This document shows positions 12,718 to 27,100 of a DNA stretch of 40,248 bases, piece by piece. The translations under genes were made by a program, and so were the position numbers. The DNA comes from Intoshia linei. Lineage: Eukaryota > Animalia > Orthonectida. The stretch spans positions 1-40,248 of the forward strand of contig LWCA01000210.1 of NCBI GenBank assembly GCA_001642005.1, in the 5' to 3' direction. Each line of letters starts with the position of its first letter. Position 1 is the stretch's first letter. The notes below the pieces were generated by a model. It had not been told where the DNA came from. It saw only the letters and a list, made by a program, of their open reading frames with translations, and searched no databases.

Positions 12718-15700
12718 ATGATATTTCCTATGTGGGTACACATTTTTTTATTCATAAATTTCAAAATTATGAAAGTAACATCGGATTCCACGGTAATTTA
12801 GACAAATACTTAAATATTTTACTTATGTCTAAAGATTGAAAGAATAAAAAAAGATGGATATAATGGAATAAAACATGATGTTATCACATCAGATGGATAC
12901 ATAATAACAATACATCAAATTACACCAAAAAAACTAAACTCTGCAGTTGTCTTTGTTCAACATGGTCTAATGGGTAGTTCGTATATTTGGTTAGATAATG
13001 GACCCAAGTCAGCTCTCGGTACTACATGACTTTAATACGCATAGTTTTAATTAAAATTAATTGATATTTACTTTTAAATAGCATACGTACTATCTGACGC
13101 AGGATATAATGTATTTTTGGGAAACGTCAGAGGAAATTATTATGGTCTAAAACATGATAGAATGTCTGCAAAAGACGACGCATTTTGGGATTTTAGGTAA
13201 TCAAATTAAAATTGTATATAATTCAATTAATTAATTTAAAATACTTTAAAAAGTTTCGACGAAATTAGCCAAATTGATTTACCGAGTATGTTAAATTACG
13301 TGCTAAAGTTAACAAAAAAAAAAAAATTGCATTATATTGGCCATTCTCAAGGAACTATCATGATGTTTCTGTTGTGTTCGACTGACCCATATTGGAATAC
13401 AAAGGTAGTGTATAATGCATAATTTTTCTCGCAGAATTGAAAATTTTTCATAAATTTTTGATAGATTGAAAAACATTATGCTATGACACCTGTCGGTAGC
13501 ATAAAATCTTTAAATACTATGGGACGTACAATTTTAAATAGTTTTGGACGCAAAACATGGGTGATTTATATAAAAATGTGATAATTATTTTATAGAACCC
13601 CATATCTATATTATGCAACTACGCTTTTGTTAAACACTACAGCAAGATTTACTCTTTTTTAACAAAATTATGGACATCACTAAGTAATTTCGCCATGATT
13701 TATTTTATAAATCTGATAGCTGGACCGGACAAAAATTGTTTAAAAAATGTTAGTTTGTTATTTATTGATAAAACTAAAATAATTTAGTCTAAAGTAAAGT
13801 ACATACTAATAAGATCTCCAGCAGGTACGTCTGTAAAAAATATGAAACACTATTTACAGGTAAAATACAATGTACAAATGATTCTAAAAGTTTTTTTGCA
13901 ACGCACCATGTGTTCCCCTGATGAATTATAAAAATGAAATGCACCCAAAATTTTTTATTACCCCATTCAACCACGATTTCAGCCTACATATTACTAATTT
14001 ATTTTGATTAAACTTTAATTTAAAGCCAAAATTCATCAAAAATGAATTATTGAAAAAATATTTTATTGTTATTTTATCGACATTTTAAATTGAATATTAA
14101 ATTAGAACCCTAAAAATTTTTTAGAAAAAATTACTTTATTGGTAAAAATGTCAGTAGAAATGTAAAAAAATTAAAATTAAATTTTCTTTACTTTGAACTT
14201 TGTGTTCATCATTCATCTGGCCTATTGTACAGTGTCTAACACTCGACACTACTTTCAACACAGTTGGTGAGATATGGGTTTTCCACCATAAATTCTATCC
14301 AAAATTTCTTTACGATAATAAATTTTTTTAATATTAATACGAAATAATTAAATTAAAGTATTTAGATCTATCATAACAATGGCGTATTCAGAAGATATGA
14401 TTATGGGGATTATGGAAATATGGAAAAATATAATATGGTATACTAGCTTTTGGATTTTCCCCATAAAGGTTGGTAAAATTAAATTTTTCCCAAAAGGGTT
14501 AGTAAAAGTGAATTCTTTCCTTAAGGGTTGTTAAAAGTGGATTTTTCAATGATGGATATTGAAAAAATTTCAAATTAAACAAAATTATTCATAAGGACTG
14601 CAATGGCAAAATCACTGAAACTCCAAATAGACGGTAACATATACAAAATTTCTACCTCTGAAATTTACGTTTTTCCCAGTCAAAAATACTTGAATATATT
14701 ATCAGCCATTATTTTTCACATTATTAACACACAATTGAATTAAAATAATTAAATAAATAATAAATTAAATAAAAATAAAGTAAATTAAAATTAAATATTA
14801 AAATTAATATATATAATAATATAACATAAGTATTCATCCTACAATTTCAAGAAAATGTGCATTTTCAAAAAAAGGTCTACACATTTTCAAAACAGAAATG
14901 TGGGTTTAAATCTCATAGATTGATTGTTACTTTATATAATTAAGGATAATTTATCATCATATATACACACATATGTATAATATATTACTATGATATATTT
15001 AAAATTAAAATTTAGATTACACCTCCAATATACGATTTTAGCAGAATAAATGTAAAGACAATTTTCTATCAGGGAATGAAAGATTCTATTTCAAATCCAA
15101 CAGTAAATATACATTGTTTTTTAGACTTAAGACTCCACTGACCCATTATTTCACCCAAAATGGTTAGCGAGTCCCATTAAAAAATCATTAATTAAATAAC
15201 AGCCAACACTAATGATACTAATGATTTATTAAGCCTTTTATCTTGGCAAAATACTGTTTTTTAAATAGGCCTCTACTTAAATCCAACTAATTTTATCAAC
15301 TATGAATATTATTATATATAACAGCCCTAGAATTTCAAAAAATTTACAGGTGGTACAGTTGTATCCTGTTAACAAAAATGTCAATCTAAATAAGTGACGA
15401 ATTCACAGTAAAAAAACAGTTTAGTATTCATATATTTTTTTCCGAAATATTTTATTAATAAAAACAAATTGTACACCAAAAAAAGTGAAATAATATTCTA
15501 ATATTTCGATAAAAAATAAATATTAATCCTCCAATTTCAAAAAAAAGGTGCATTGAACGTCTACACATTTTTAATAAAAAAATATGGGTGAAAATATATA
15601 TAATTCATTTCTTCGGAATTTTTTTTATTGTTACGCAATTTTTAAATTTCAAATTCATTAACAAAAAAAATTAAGATGGAATAATTCACTTTAAAGTAAA

Positions 15701-16276
15701 AATTAATGTGATATAAGATGGTTCCACCTGAAACAAATTTAAGAACCACACTCTTAAAGGATTGATAATAGTGATTAGTATGATTTTTAAGTTAGATTTT
15801 CAACGTGAATTTATTTTTTTGGTATAATAAAAATGTGCCTTCAGCAGAGCTAGGTTTCGTTTGTACGTAGTACATAACAGTCAATTTAGTATAAATATAT
15901 AATTACACAAGATTTATAAAATTGCATAAGCTATTTCATAAAAGATCAAAAATATAGTAATTTAGTATATAGTAATTTGTCAAGTTTAAATGATAGGTAA
16001 AAGTGGAATTTTCCTTAAGAGTTGCTAAATTTTCATTTTTAGTAAAAATTGTTGGTTTAAAGAATATTCTATTTAAATTATAGAACCATATCTGACTGTT
16101 TTATATATTTGATTGTATATAAAGAATTTTAGAATATGAATATTACATCTAACCTCGTAAAATCATTGGTCAAAACTAGAAAATATGATTCATGGAACCA
16201 CATTCATTTTGTTTGGGGTAATGACATTAAAAGCACAATATATCGACATATAATTAAAGATATTGAATCAAATTGA
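12718..16276 (+). CDS. Acid lipase family (lysosomal acid/gastric lipase-like, alpha/beta hydrolase), 10 exons
   Basis: Signal-peptide-like N-terminus, VITSDGYII, VQHGLMGSS, LSDAGYNVFLGNVRGN, FWDFSFDE, nucleophile YIGHSQG, PAGTSVKN, YDYG, TPPIYD, catalytic Asp (GMKDSI) and His (WNHIHFVWG). Confidence 0.95.
14450..14560 (+). repeat. ~29-bp minisatellite units in a lipase intron
   Basis: Repeated AGGGTT(G/A)GTAAAAGTG(G/A)ATTTTTCC units. The same family occurs at 28.8-29.3 kb and 32.35-32.58 kb. Confidence 0.7.
15267..16070. mobile_element. TIR MITE in the last lipase intron with a nested Helitron fragment (~15320-15889)
   Basis: Left end CTACTTAAATCCAAC and right end GTTGGTTTAAAGAATATTCT match the 32319-32606 element. 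The interior matches Helitron 8458-9750, including its 3' hairpin. Confidence 0.65.
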
Positions 16277-17869
16277 CAGAATTGCAATTAATTTACAATC
16301 ATTGTTAATAAATGTTATTGTTCAGAAATATCTAAAGTTCTTTGTTTATAAACAGTATAAATACACTTGTGTGCTACACAAATGTACTAACTTAATCTAT
16401 TGAATCTACTACTATTGTATGGCAGTCGATTTATTAGCCATTACATAAAATGCGTTTACATTAAATAAAGTGACTTAACATCAAATTGTAAATTCTATCA
16501 TCAAATAAATACAATAGTAGTCAATATAAAGTAATTAGACAAGAGTTTTATTTAATTTGAAGGCAATTTATTACGTCTAGCAACAATACATATATTTGTG
16601 CTCAAATTAAATGTTATAGCATCAGTAAAGTTAATTTTCCAAGTTAATTTATCAAATAATAACATTGTAGTGATATAATCACTATGAGAAGTGAACTTTA
16701 TATATAATTGATAATTTAAATAATAAATTCTTCGAACTCTTTAAATTGTACAATCTTCCTGATTCCTTCGTACAATAAATTTATCGTTACTAACATTTAA
16801 AGTCAAATTAATTTTATTCAACTTCAAATTTATTATCAATCATCAAATTCAAATTTTTATAAATCAAATAAATAATTATATTTAATGCAAATGAATACAC
16901 TGCGTTCACGTTTATTAGAACATAATGCAATTCATAAGTAATCCAATAAGTTGTTTTCAAAAATTAAAAATTTTATGAAATTAATTATTGGTTGAATCAA
17001 AATCAATATTTATCGGAGACAAAAAAAAGAGGGCGTCCCAAAGGAGCCACGAGGGCTTTAATTGTAGATTAAATAAACATTAATTAGTAGTAAATTTACT
17101 GTTTTCCTCATCTTATTTATATATAATTTGATACTACATATGCGATTTAATTTGATGTTTATTGTAATTATTTGACTATTCAATTATCTATTTTGATTTA
17201 AATTCAATTTTATTTTCTTAAAAATATAATTATTTTGAGTTGTCTGAATTTTATCGTCCTATCTATTTTATTGTATTATAATTTGTAGAATATTTTTGAT
17301 ATTCAAATCATTTCGTTTTGAAAGTTGATATCATTCATGAATATCATTGTGATATAGTGGAAAGTTAAAATTCTATTGCATATAATTTACAATTAACAAC
17401 TCAAACTTTGACAAACTTCAGTTGATCAGCGACACAAATCATCTTTGTGACATACCGTTATAAATTATTATTACTAATCTACAAATAAATACATTCATAC
17501 ATTATTGTTACAAACAAGTACATCTTATGTAATATAAAATGGTATAATAAACAAAAAAAATGAAATTTTATTCACCATTGCAATACCAAAATTCGACATA
17601 ATGAGTTAATCTCCAGTTACATACAAATATAACACTCTTATAAAGCAATCAAATATAATCATGTAATGTTTGTTTGAATGCTAATGATGATGATATTATA
17701 ACGATGTCAAAGAATACAATGTTTTTATTACAATTAATATTGTGACACGATAATTAACTGTTATATTATTAGATCATTAGAAATTTCCTTCACAAATAGA
17801 CAATAAATAGATATATCATTAGTTTTACATCATACTGCACAAATTATCATTCTAAAGCATAATTGTATA

Positions 17870-18662
17870 TTGCAACATTATAACGAAATGAAATCAATTT
17901 TTTCACGAAACAAGCATCTTTTTGGGATTACAAAACAAAACTATTGTTTCAACATTATGAAATCATGTGCAACTAAAAATGAAACATTACTGGTGGACAA
18001 CAACGATGAAACTCCATTAATAAAGATTATTAAAAATTTAAAAGAAGGTGATACATTTATGCAAAGTTTCATGATGAGCATACAAAGCAATTCATACAAC
18101 GAAACATTGAATACAAAAGTAAAAACAATTCCTCCGAGTCCTCCCAAAAGATTTAAATCTAGTAAAAGAGCATCTATTCGAAAAAAGAGAGTTTTATTGG
18201 AATCTACTTTAACGGACGCGTCGTTTAATTTGATTGTCCATTTTAACACTTCTAAAGATGTGACAAATGCGAAATCTACAAAAATAAACCTAAACAAGGA
18301 GTTTAAAAGTACCTCTGATATTGAACACACATGTAATAGTTGTAATGTAATGACAAAAAATGAAAATAACAATCAGGACCAAGATTTATGTTCACTAATT
18401 CCGAACCAGGGTTCATTCCAGTCTGAATTGTGTAGCTATTGTACCGAATATACAGAATTTAGTTTTAATGAACAAAAAGGTTTTTATATTTTTTATTTTA
18501 AATTTTACTGGTATTTACTTTTTAATGTATTAATTTTTTTGATATTTAGACATTCCAAAATACTCACATATTGAAATATTACAAAATTACAACAAAAAAT
18601 TAAAATCAACGTGTCTTGAATACAAACATATCAATCTGAAAAACTTTAAGATTTATGTTTGA
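17870..18662 (+). CDS. Hypothetical protein; long S/T/N/K-rich exon plus probable last exon 18550-18662; 5' end unresolved
   Basis: >200-codon open frame in very AT-rich DNA. A phase-1 GT-AG intron (~18480-18549) joins it to DIPKYSHIEIL...KIYV*. No recognisable domain. Confidence 0.55.
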
Positions 18663-19911
18663 AATAATAATTGTGTTAATAAATTTTTTCATCACATATT
18701 TAAATATTTATTTGTCAGTTCTATAGTTTCCATTTTTCTACATCGCTGTCAATTTTTTTAATATTATTTGATATTATTATAATTTTAGCATAACTTATGA
18801 TCCATAATGTTTATTTTAATCACGTACTCTTTATTACAGACTAATGTATTACAATTTAGACTTATCGTTTTATATTTCACCAAAATTGTGAAATTCGCAA
18901 AATTGATTAATTAAAATTGGGAATATTCGTTTTTTTTATTTTAAATTGTGTTAATGTAATTGTTAGTATTATAATATAACTAGGTTGACTGTAAATTAGT
19001 AAATTAAGTAAATTTTGTGCACTAAACTAATGTTCGACTCTCTATTAAAACTAGTCAAAAACTGTTAAACTAATTTTATTATAATATAATTATATAAAAA
19101 AATATATTAATATAATATACGAAATATTCATTGTTTTATCAAAAAAATGAAAAAAGCAGGTTAATGTTGTTATTAATTAATTAATGAAATGATAGTGACT
19201 CATATACTCACATACTCATATAATGTATACTATACACACTCAGTGTATAGCAAAAAAACAACATTATTATAATATCTAACAATATTCATGTTAAGTTTTA
19301 TTTTATTTTATTAATTATTAATCTAATATCAATTACGATACAAAACCAATTAAATAATTGTGAAACTAAATTTTCATATGTTGCGTGCTTAAAATTAAAA
19401 GTATCTTTTAATTACATTTAATGTAAATGTTAATCGTTTTAAAAACTAAACAGAATTTATATTTTAAAAAATTTTATTAAAATTTTGACTTATTTTATTC
19501 CGATAAAAAAGAGTAATTTTTGTTTTTCACGCTGAAGGACTGAATTTCTGAAAATGAATTGTTCGATATTTCTTTCGGAAAACTGTATTAAAATTAGTTT
19601 TTTAAAACTCTACGCCTTTCACTTTCTTAAATAAATTGTTACAGACAAACAGACATACGATTTTAGTAAAATCCTTTACTTATATAAAATTAAATGTCTA
19701 TATGTGTGTTATCGTTTCTTTTAAAAATGAATAGTTCTAGAATTTAAACAAAACTAACTTCTAATAAAGTTTTTCGAAAGTGATGTAGTGATTGTGCCGG
19801 GAAAAAAACCGTGACAAAATATCCTTTTTCGAATACTTTTTTTAAAAATATCTTATTCTAACCACAAATTACTAACGCTTAAGGGAATTATTCTCTTTTT
19901 CTAATATTTTT

Positions 19912-20130
19912 TTGAAAAATATTATGAGTTGTTTACAAACTGGAACGCTATTATCAAGATTGTTAAAATTAAATGAAGCCCTTATAACTGTTCAACCTAC
20001 ATCACCACATAATGAAAGAAATTTCTCTACAGCTTCTAATTTCGTTACAAAACGTAGAACGCGTTTAAAAGACGAATCTATCAATACTATGTGTGTTTTG
20101 AAACACTTTTTCAACAATCTAAAATCAATA
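19912..20130 (+). pseudogene. hAT transposase C-terminal dimerisation-domain fragment
   Basis: ALITVQPTSPHNERNFSTASNFVTKRRTRLKDESINTMCVLK matches the hAT dimer motif P.TS...ER.FS......R.RL....I....L. Confidence 0.8.
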
Positions 20131-20253
20131 AATTTTTTTCTAATTCAATTTGTAAACTTCAATCTATATTCTGTTTTTTTTTAAATTAAATTTCTTTTTG
20201 TTTCTAAAATTAATTAAGCTTTCTAAAATTTTTAATGCTTCTATATTATATAT

Positions 20254-21154
20254 CAGTAATGGCAAAGTACGTGTTTGCGTGTAAAAAATACACACTTGAC
20301 ATTTTTTTTTACACACTTGAAAAAATATATAAGTTGACTTTAAATAAAAAATAAAATCAATAAAAAATTCAAATGTATTACTAAATTAATTAACGATATT
20401 TTAATACATCTAATATTATCTATAAAATTCAAAGATTTATAGCCAATTTTTCAAATTGCGTGGGTCATCCTCTGGTTGGATTTCATTGGATTATACACCA
20501 AGAAGTACTCTGCTCTATAACAGCTCTGAGTCACTTAAATATGATTGTTATCACTGTAACCAAAATCATTATCTACATCCAAGCACGCGCCTTACACAAA
20601 AGAGAATTCACTTTGATTTTAAAGGAAGTAGAATCAAGTTGTAATGGACTGCTTATGTACAGCAATATCAGATGCTCAGTAGAAGTCAAGTTCTTGAGCG
20701 TTTTGTGGAATGCTTATCAAACATTAAAACATTTTTAAGATATAAAAATAACTCTCAATTAGATTATAACGATTTGATTGTTAGTCTTATGTTTTTTATT
20801 GATCTTTCCTAGCATTTAAATGAACTTAACCTTAAATTTCAAGGGTACGGGAAGACTTGTTGTAATGTTTAGTATTATTAAGGCATTTGACTGTAAACTA
20901 TCAATATTCTATCGTGATATAGAAAATAAAGATTACAAATATTTCCCTAAATTGAAAAAATTCATGATAGAATCAATTTTTTAAATCTAAATAAATGTAA
21001 AAATTATTTTTTTAACTCATTTTCAATCAAGTTGTTCGACTTAATTGACGGTTTGGATTGATCTAATATTTTTTTAATAGAAACACACCAGAAAAAAATT
21101 TCTGAAAATAGTATTAAATTTAACACACCTAGTTTTAGTTGGCTGCCATCACTG
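20254..21154 (+). mobile_element. Internally deleted Buster/SPIN (GTF2IRD2-like) hAT transposon with pseudogenised transposase (~20430-20980)
   Basis: TIRs CAGTAATGGCA / TGCCATCACTG and perfect 8-bp TSD TTATATAT (20246-20253, 21155-21162). Peptide FHWIIHQEVLC..IQARALHKREF..LLMYSNIR[frameshift]LSRSQVLERF..HLNELNLKFQG with a frameshift and a stop. Confidence 0.92.
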
Positions 21155-21201
21155 TTATATATGAATAAAATTTTTTTATTTTTCACTGGAAATCACAATC
21201 A

Positions 21202-21547
21202 CTAGAGTGATGTTTTTATGCACGATTTATTTTCGGAAATAAACTCCTTCATGGTAAAAACCACAATTCCCCCCTTTTTTTTAAAAAATAAAATTCACCC
21301 CAAAATTTAAAAAACTCAATTCTGGGTTAGTTTTTTTAACTCGTTTAATTTTCAAAAAAAAGAAAAGATTTGGGCTTTTTGACCCGTAAGATGTGAGTCT
21401 GAGTAGTTAAAATTTATTTTGCTAACACTCCCGGAAAAAACTGTAATTGAAATGTGGACTTTGTAAAATTCTAAGATTAATAGTTATTAAAATAAACGGT
21501 AACAAACACACAAACAAATATTGCATAGCATATTATATAAGTAAGGA
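21202..21547 (-). mobile_element. Helitron family copy (5' end clear, 3' end uncertain)
   Basis: Minus strand A|TCCTTACTTATATAATATGC..TTTGTTTGTGTG and AAGTCCACATTTCAATTACAG match 8458-8620. Confidence 0.65.
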
Positions 21548-23013
21548 TTACAGACCTGCCGTGAAAAAAGTGTGGGAACCCCTTGCTTATAACATAAGAT
21601 TTCTACTTAAATGCACTAATAATAACATAATTTGCAGATCACCTATAATGGACTCATTTCGTAACTTTTATATCAAGTTCGACTTGTGTTAATCTAGCAA
21701 TACAATTGTATTTCATTGCTATGTAATTATAATGATTTAAGTTGTGCCGTTTTTACTATAACTGTAAAATTTTGTAGGGTTTTTAAAGGAAGTTTTTTTC
21801 ACCCAATTTTTAAAGATTTTGATTTCAATTTTGGAACGAAAATTTTGTACGGTTTTGAATGGAATATTTTTAACATTTTAAGAGATATTTAATCATTTAT
21901 TATGGGTTTTAGAAATTAGAAAGGTTAAAACACTTTAAAAATTTAATAAAAGTATATTTTATTTCATAATCAACCCTAGAAAAACCTCAAATAAATGATT
22001 TAAGGTTTAATTTATAATACAATCATATATAATATAATATGGAAGCCATATAATATAATATAATATAATATGTCAAATAACCATGGATAATCCATTGATG
22101 TATTTTTGGTTTGAATAAAGTTTAGTTTAAATTTTTCTATAATAGATTTAAAATGTTCAACCCCACTCGAATAATCAATTTTGTAATATAATATTTCAAA
22201 TTATTTTATGTTTCCCAAAATGTACAAGATGTGTGCCGTTCGCCCTTTAAACTTTTCAAAGCTTTGAAAAAATGTAACACCCAAACGGGATAATAAACAA
22301 TAATAATGGAATAAGTGTACAATGTATATTTTAGTAAAGTTCTCAGCAGAGCTATCTACTGTTGTACAAAGTACATAAAAATCATTTAAATATATTAAAA
22401 ATTAATGAGATCCTGAAATTCATAGAATTTTACCAGCCATTCAACCTATAAATAAAATTAAAAATTATCTAATAAGAAATAAAAATTTAATCAAAATTTT
22501 TTTTGGGTCCCAAATCTAATATTTCTTATAAATTCCTCCACTTTGTAAGTGGTTTTTTTTAGTGACATGCCTCACTTTGGGAAAACATGGTTTAAATCAA
22601 AATTTCAACTTTTCTAATAAATGCATACGAATATATAGATAATTATCTACAACTGTATTATAATAGGATTTTATTATATAAAATTCCATTTAAAAGTACA
22701 ATTTGTAATAACAATCGTTACAATTTGAAAATAAAAAATAACTTGACATAACGTCCAAACAAAAAATCATTATGGATTAATATTGAATTATAATTAAATT
22801 AATAAGGATGTAGTTATCGGAATATAATAATACAATGAATAAATGATTTCACAATTATCTAAACTTAATCTAAACTAATCAGCTTACATTATTTATTATT
22901 TATTATTATGATTTGATTGAAACAATTATTGCATGACTAATATTCATTTCCAACATTATAATTTGAATCATGCATGTATTTAAAAAATTGATAAAATGAA
23001 AATAAATGTTAAA

Positions 23014-23070
23014 TTCAAGTTGTGGTATTGATCTCATTAATAAATAATGAGATTCACACCATAGCTTGAA
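23014..23070 (+). ncRNA. Candidate pre-microRNA, miR-1175-like seed on the 3p arm (23048-23069 UGAGAUUCACACCAUAGCUUGA)
   Basis: 26-position stem with 21 Watson-Crick pairs, 3 G-U pairs and 2 mismatches; the G-U pairs favour the + strand. 5p/3p 22-mers give 2-nt overhangs and a 9-nt loop. The first 9 nt match recalled miR-1175-3p. Confidence 0.65.
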
Positions 23071-24105
23071 GTTTTCATTAAAAATTTAACTTTTATTCAC
23101 ATTGATTACATTTACATTATACTTCTACGTACGTTAACAAAAAAAGTTATAAAATTGTCATTAACTAAAATTGAAATTGTAAATTTTAACTTTTAAAATT
23201 AATAGTACTGCAATATAAAATTGGTTTATGACGAGTAATTTGGGTTTCTGTTATAAAAATTACATTTAATTAGCTTTATGGATAAATTAGAATTATTCCA
23301 ATTAATCATTATTATAAATACAACTTAACCATTAAAATGACCTTATTTTAAATAAAATTAAAACTGGAACGCAAAATTAGAATATATATGGATCTAAAAT
23401 CATTTCAAGATTAAACATTAAACATTCAAATTGATACGCTTTCAATCCATAAAGGTAATATTTTGTAAACGTACCACTAAAACTGTACGTGAATCAGCCA
23501 TTCGCACCGATCATTACTTAGAGGTTTCAATAGTCAATATCAATTTTCGATTTGATTGATTTCACATTTCAGACTGCATTTATAATCAATAATTATTTAC
23601 CTGAATCTTGTGTTTACATTCATAATTTTGAGTTGCTCAAGTCTACATATTACGAAATTGGTTAAAACTAACAGTCACAGTAGGTGGATCGAATTTAAAT
23701 TATTTTAAGCATAAGCAGGTATATTGTCATTTTGAAATTTCAATAATATTAATTGATATAATACAAAATGCACCAATTATTGTATTTAATTCATAGTTTC
23801 TCTAGACTTTAAATTCCATTTCTTACCTATCGGACTATTGAAACATTTTACAATGTTACCAAATGTTGGTTGAAAATCATTGTTTAAAATTAAGAATGTT
23901 ATGTTATGAATTTGTTAACTCGGTAAAGTTTTCACATTGTTTTTATTTACACTTCACTTGGTTCCATTTAAACTCACTATTCGCCTAATTACTACGTATG
24001 AATATTTTTATTTATTATTATACGCACTTTAAAAATTAATCTAATCACAATAAAATTATCCAAAACTATCCATTTCTATTAAGGGTAATCAGCTCACTTT
24101 ACAAA

Positions 24106-27100
24106 ATGTCAATTAAAAGCGATATAGCCGCATTAGACAATATCAACTCTTTTATGGTACTAGTACGAAAACTACGCCAATGGAAACACATGTATAATGT
24201 AATTTTTAAACAAAATGTATTTTTAATTAAATTTTTAGTCCAATACTATACGAGATAATTTATATCAAGGTTCAGAATTATTTGAACTTAACGCACGATT
24301 ACAAAATCAAATTTATAATATTATCGAAAGAATTTCTATTCATGGAAATTTACAAGTTCCTTATACCACAAAAGATTTACATAAAAGTAGAGATTTATAT
24401 TCTGAACTTAAACATGAAAATAAAATAAATAAACTCTCATCTTCTCTTTATAAAAAAGACGATTTGATTAGCAGCCTTAAATCTCAATATGAACTTGAAA
24501 TATCACATCTTGAAAATAAGTAAATTTAATTTGATTTTAGTTTTGACAAAGTTGGTAACTAAAATTTTTGGTATTTCAATTGGACTTGATAATTAATATT
24601 TTAATATTATAACCAAAAAAAATAATTTTCATGCTCAATAGTCTACGATAAAAAATAGATTAAGAAAAAATTCATACTATTTTGGATTAATGAATAGAAT
24701 CTAACTATAAAAATTATGTAAATCAAAAACCATGGTAACCATCGTAAAATGGACCCTACTTTTAAATTACACATTGATTCCGCGTAGAAGGGCACCATTG
24801 GGTCCTAAAAAATCTATAAGTAACAGAAATTGGTTAAGAAGTTTTTTATAACGAAAGAATTAAACAGATCAGAAAATTTTAACCCTTGCCAAAAATGGGA
24901 ATAAATTTAATTTAAATTTAAAAAAATATTTAGAATGAGAAAACTTGACACTGATTTATCATCGACACAATTAGTTACTCGAATGGAATTGGATCGAAAA
25001 GAGAGAGAAATTGATAACATCAAAAATGAGTAACTTTATAAAATAAATATATGTGTATAATATGTATATAAAATTTTCAAATTAAAAAGTTAATAAAACT
25101 ATTTATTTTCAATTAATAAAGTCAAAATAAATATATATCAATAACCTTATAAATCATTTTTTGTTTGTTATAATTGTATATTATTGCAATGTAAGTCTTT
25201 AATAACACTTTTTAAAAGGTTTTATATTTTTATATCATTGTGAATTTATATAAATAAGCAAATATTATAAACTTAATCTTATCATCATTTTTTTTAATTA
25301 ATTTTAATAGGTCTCGTGTGCATACACAAGAATTACAAAAATTAAAAACTCAAAATTTGAAAGATTCCATTTATAAAAATGAAGTTAAAAATATTGGACA
25401 TAAATTACAGACTCTTTCTTCACAACCCGCTAATTATGAGTATATTTTAGATTTGTTTTATTCATAATAATTCATAATTGTTTGAACAGTTTTAAAAATA
25501 ATTTTACATATAGAGGTTTTAAGTTTAAATTTTAAGGAATACATTTTATAATGTACATTGTACAATTTGAGATTTTTAATTATTTTTATAAATACTAGCT
25601 TGCCGTTAAGTACTTAGTAGTAGCGCGTTTAGGATTGCAAAGGACATATTTTTTAATTAAAAAATATTGAATTAAAATTTTATAATTTACAACAATTATA
25701 TTCAAGGTTGGTTTCTTTGATTTCATATACATTTAGAGAAAAATATTAGAGAAAGATAGTAAAAATATTTATATCATTTCTAGCAAATTAAATGGGATCA
25801 TTATCCATACATAAATTTCAAAAAAATGTATGTCTGTTTATAAAAAAAAATAATTTTATTTATGTTTATTTTGTAAATATTTTACTAAAACAAAAAATTT
25901 AAAATAAGTAACGGTTCTATAATTAAAAAAAATTATTCTGATCCAGCTTATTCCAGTTGATATAAATACAAAGTTTCAATCCCAGAAATCTACGCATTAC
26001 TTGTAAAAAATAACTATTAATATATTATGAACCTATATTTTTCAAATTTTTGATTTAAAATTAAAAATACTTATTCTACCATCTCAAAAAAGGAAATTGA
26101 CTGTATAAACATGGGTAGCAATCTCATAACAGTCAAGCTAGTATATTAATAAAAGTATTTACTGGTATTTCTGGAAAAGGTTTTTTAAATGTGTCTTACG
26201 TTTCAAATGTTATGAACCGCTGAACTAATGTGTATTATGCGTGTACATTACTTTCCTAGTTCATCATACATTACGGAATCTCATACTTTACCGAGATCTA
26301 CATTAAATTCAAGTTACAGAAAAATAGTGTCATTTTCAGAAACAGAAAACAAAATAAACGCGTTGAAAAACCAATTTGATGATTTAAATTCAATTTTTCG
26401 ACAAAGTGCATTTGATAACATGCGAGAATATATAAGCAATAAAGAGAAAAGGGACTGTATTTTATATCAAGTTATCAAAGTAATTATCAATGTTAAATTA
26501 TATACAATGTTTATTGTATAATGTGTTAACCAGGGTTCGTCAACATTTCAATATAGATTGGGATTTGCAATTTACGTTAAAAAAAAAAATTTTTATAATT
26601 ATTATTTTGTAAAAATAAGTACATGTATTTATCCAATTTTTCATGCCTTGGTTAGTTAATAAAATGGTTAACGTGGTTGCCAATAACGGAATTGATGAGC
26701 TGTAGAAGAAAATATTAACATTTCTAATCAAGAAAAAACATGTGGCAATTTGTATAGAAAATATTTTATTTTTAGGGGTTCGCGATTATAAATGTTTGAA
26801 TATCGATGTATACTAAATATATATTGTAATTAAATTATTATAGGAATCCTTTCGAAGCGCCCAATTGAGATTACCTGAATACAAATTAAGCACCCGTGAT
26901 AAATTAGCCATCGTCGGTGTTTCATCCTTAGATTTGACTGAACAAACTCAACAATATATCGAAAAAAATTCGGAACTATACGACCACAATATTTTAATAA
27001 ATGTAATGAAAAATAAAAACTAAATGTAATTTAATTTAGGATGTGATTAGCTCATTAACTCGAAATATTGATCTATATTTAACTTCTTCAACTATATCGG

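Noticed and set aside
17560-17800. Stop-codon reassignment suggested by in-frame TAA upstream of the 17870 ORF
   Set aside because: RPS29, NXT1, PSMD6 and MRPL40 end in TAA at the expected positions and conserved exons have no internal stops.
17941-18372. 143-aa minus-strand ORF, and similar shadows at 30133-30403, 32679-32891, 34094-34411 and 37637-37828
   Set aside because: Antisense shadows of real coding frames with no motifs.
22840-22885. bantam-like sequence on the minus strand
   Set aside because: Seed mismatches and no complementary arm.
23350-23980. Possible minus-strand gene divergent from SPATA18
   Set aside because: Donor-like sites exist, but I could not assemble a stop-free spliced frame.
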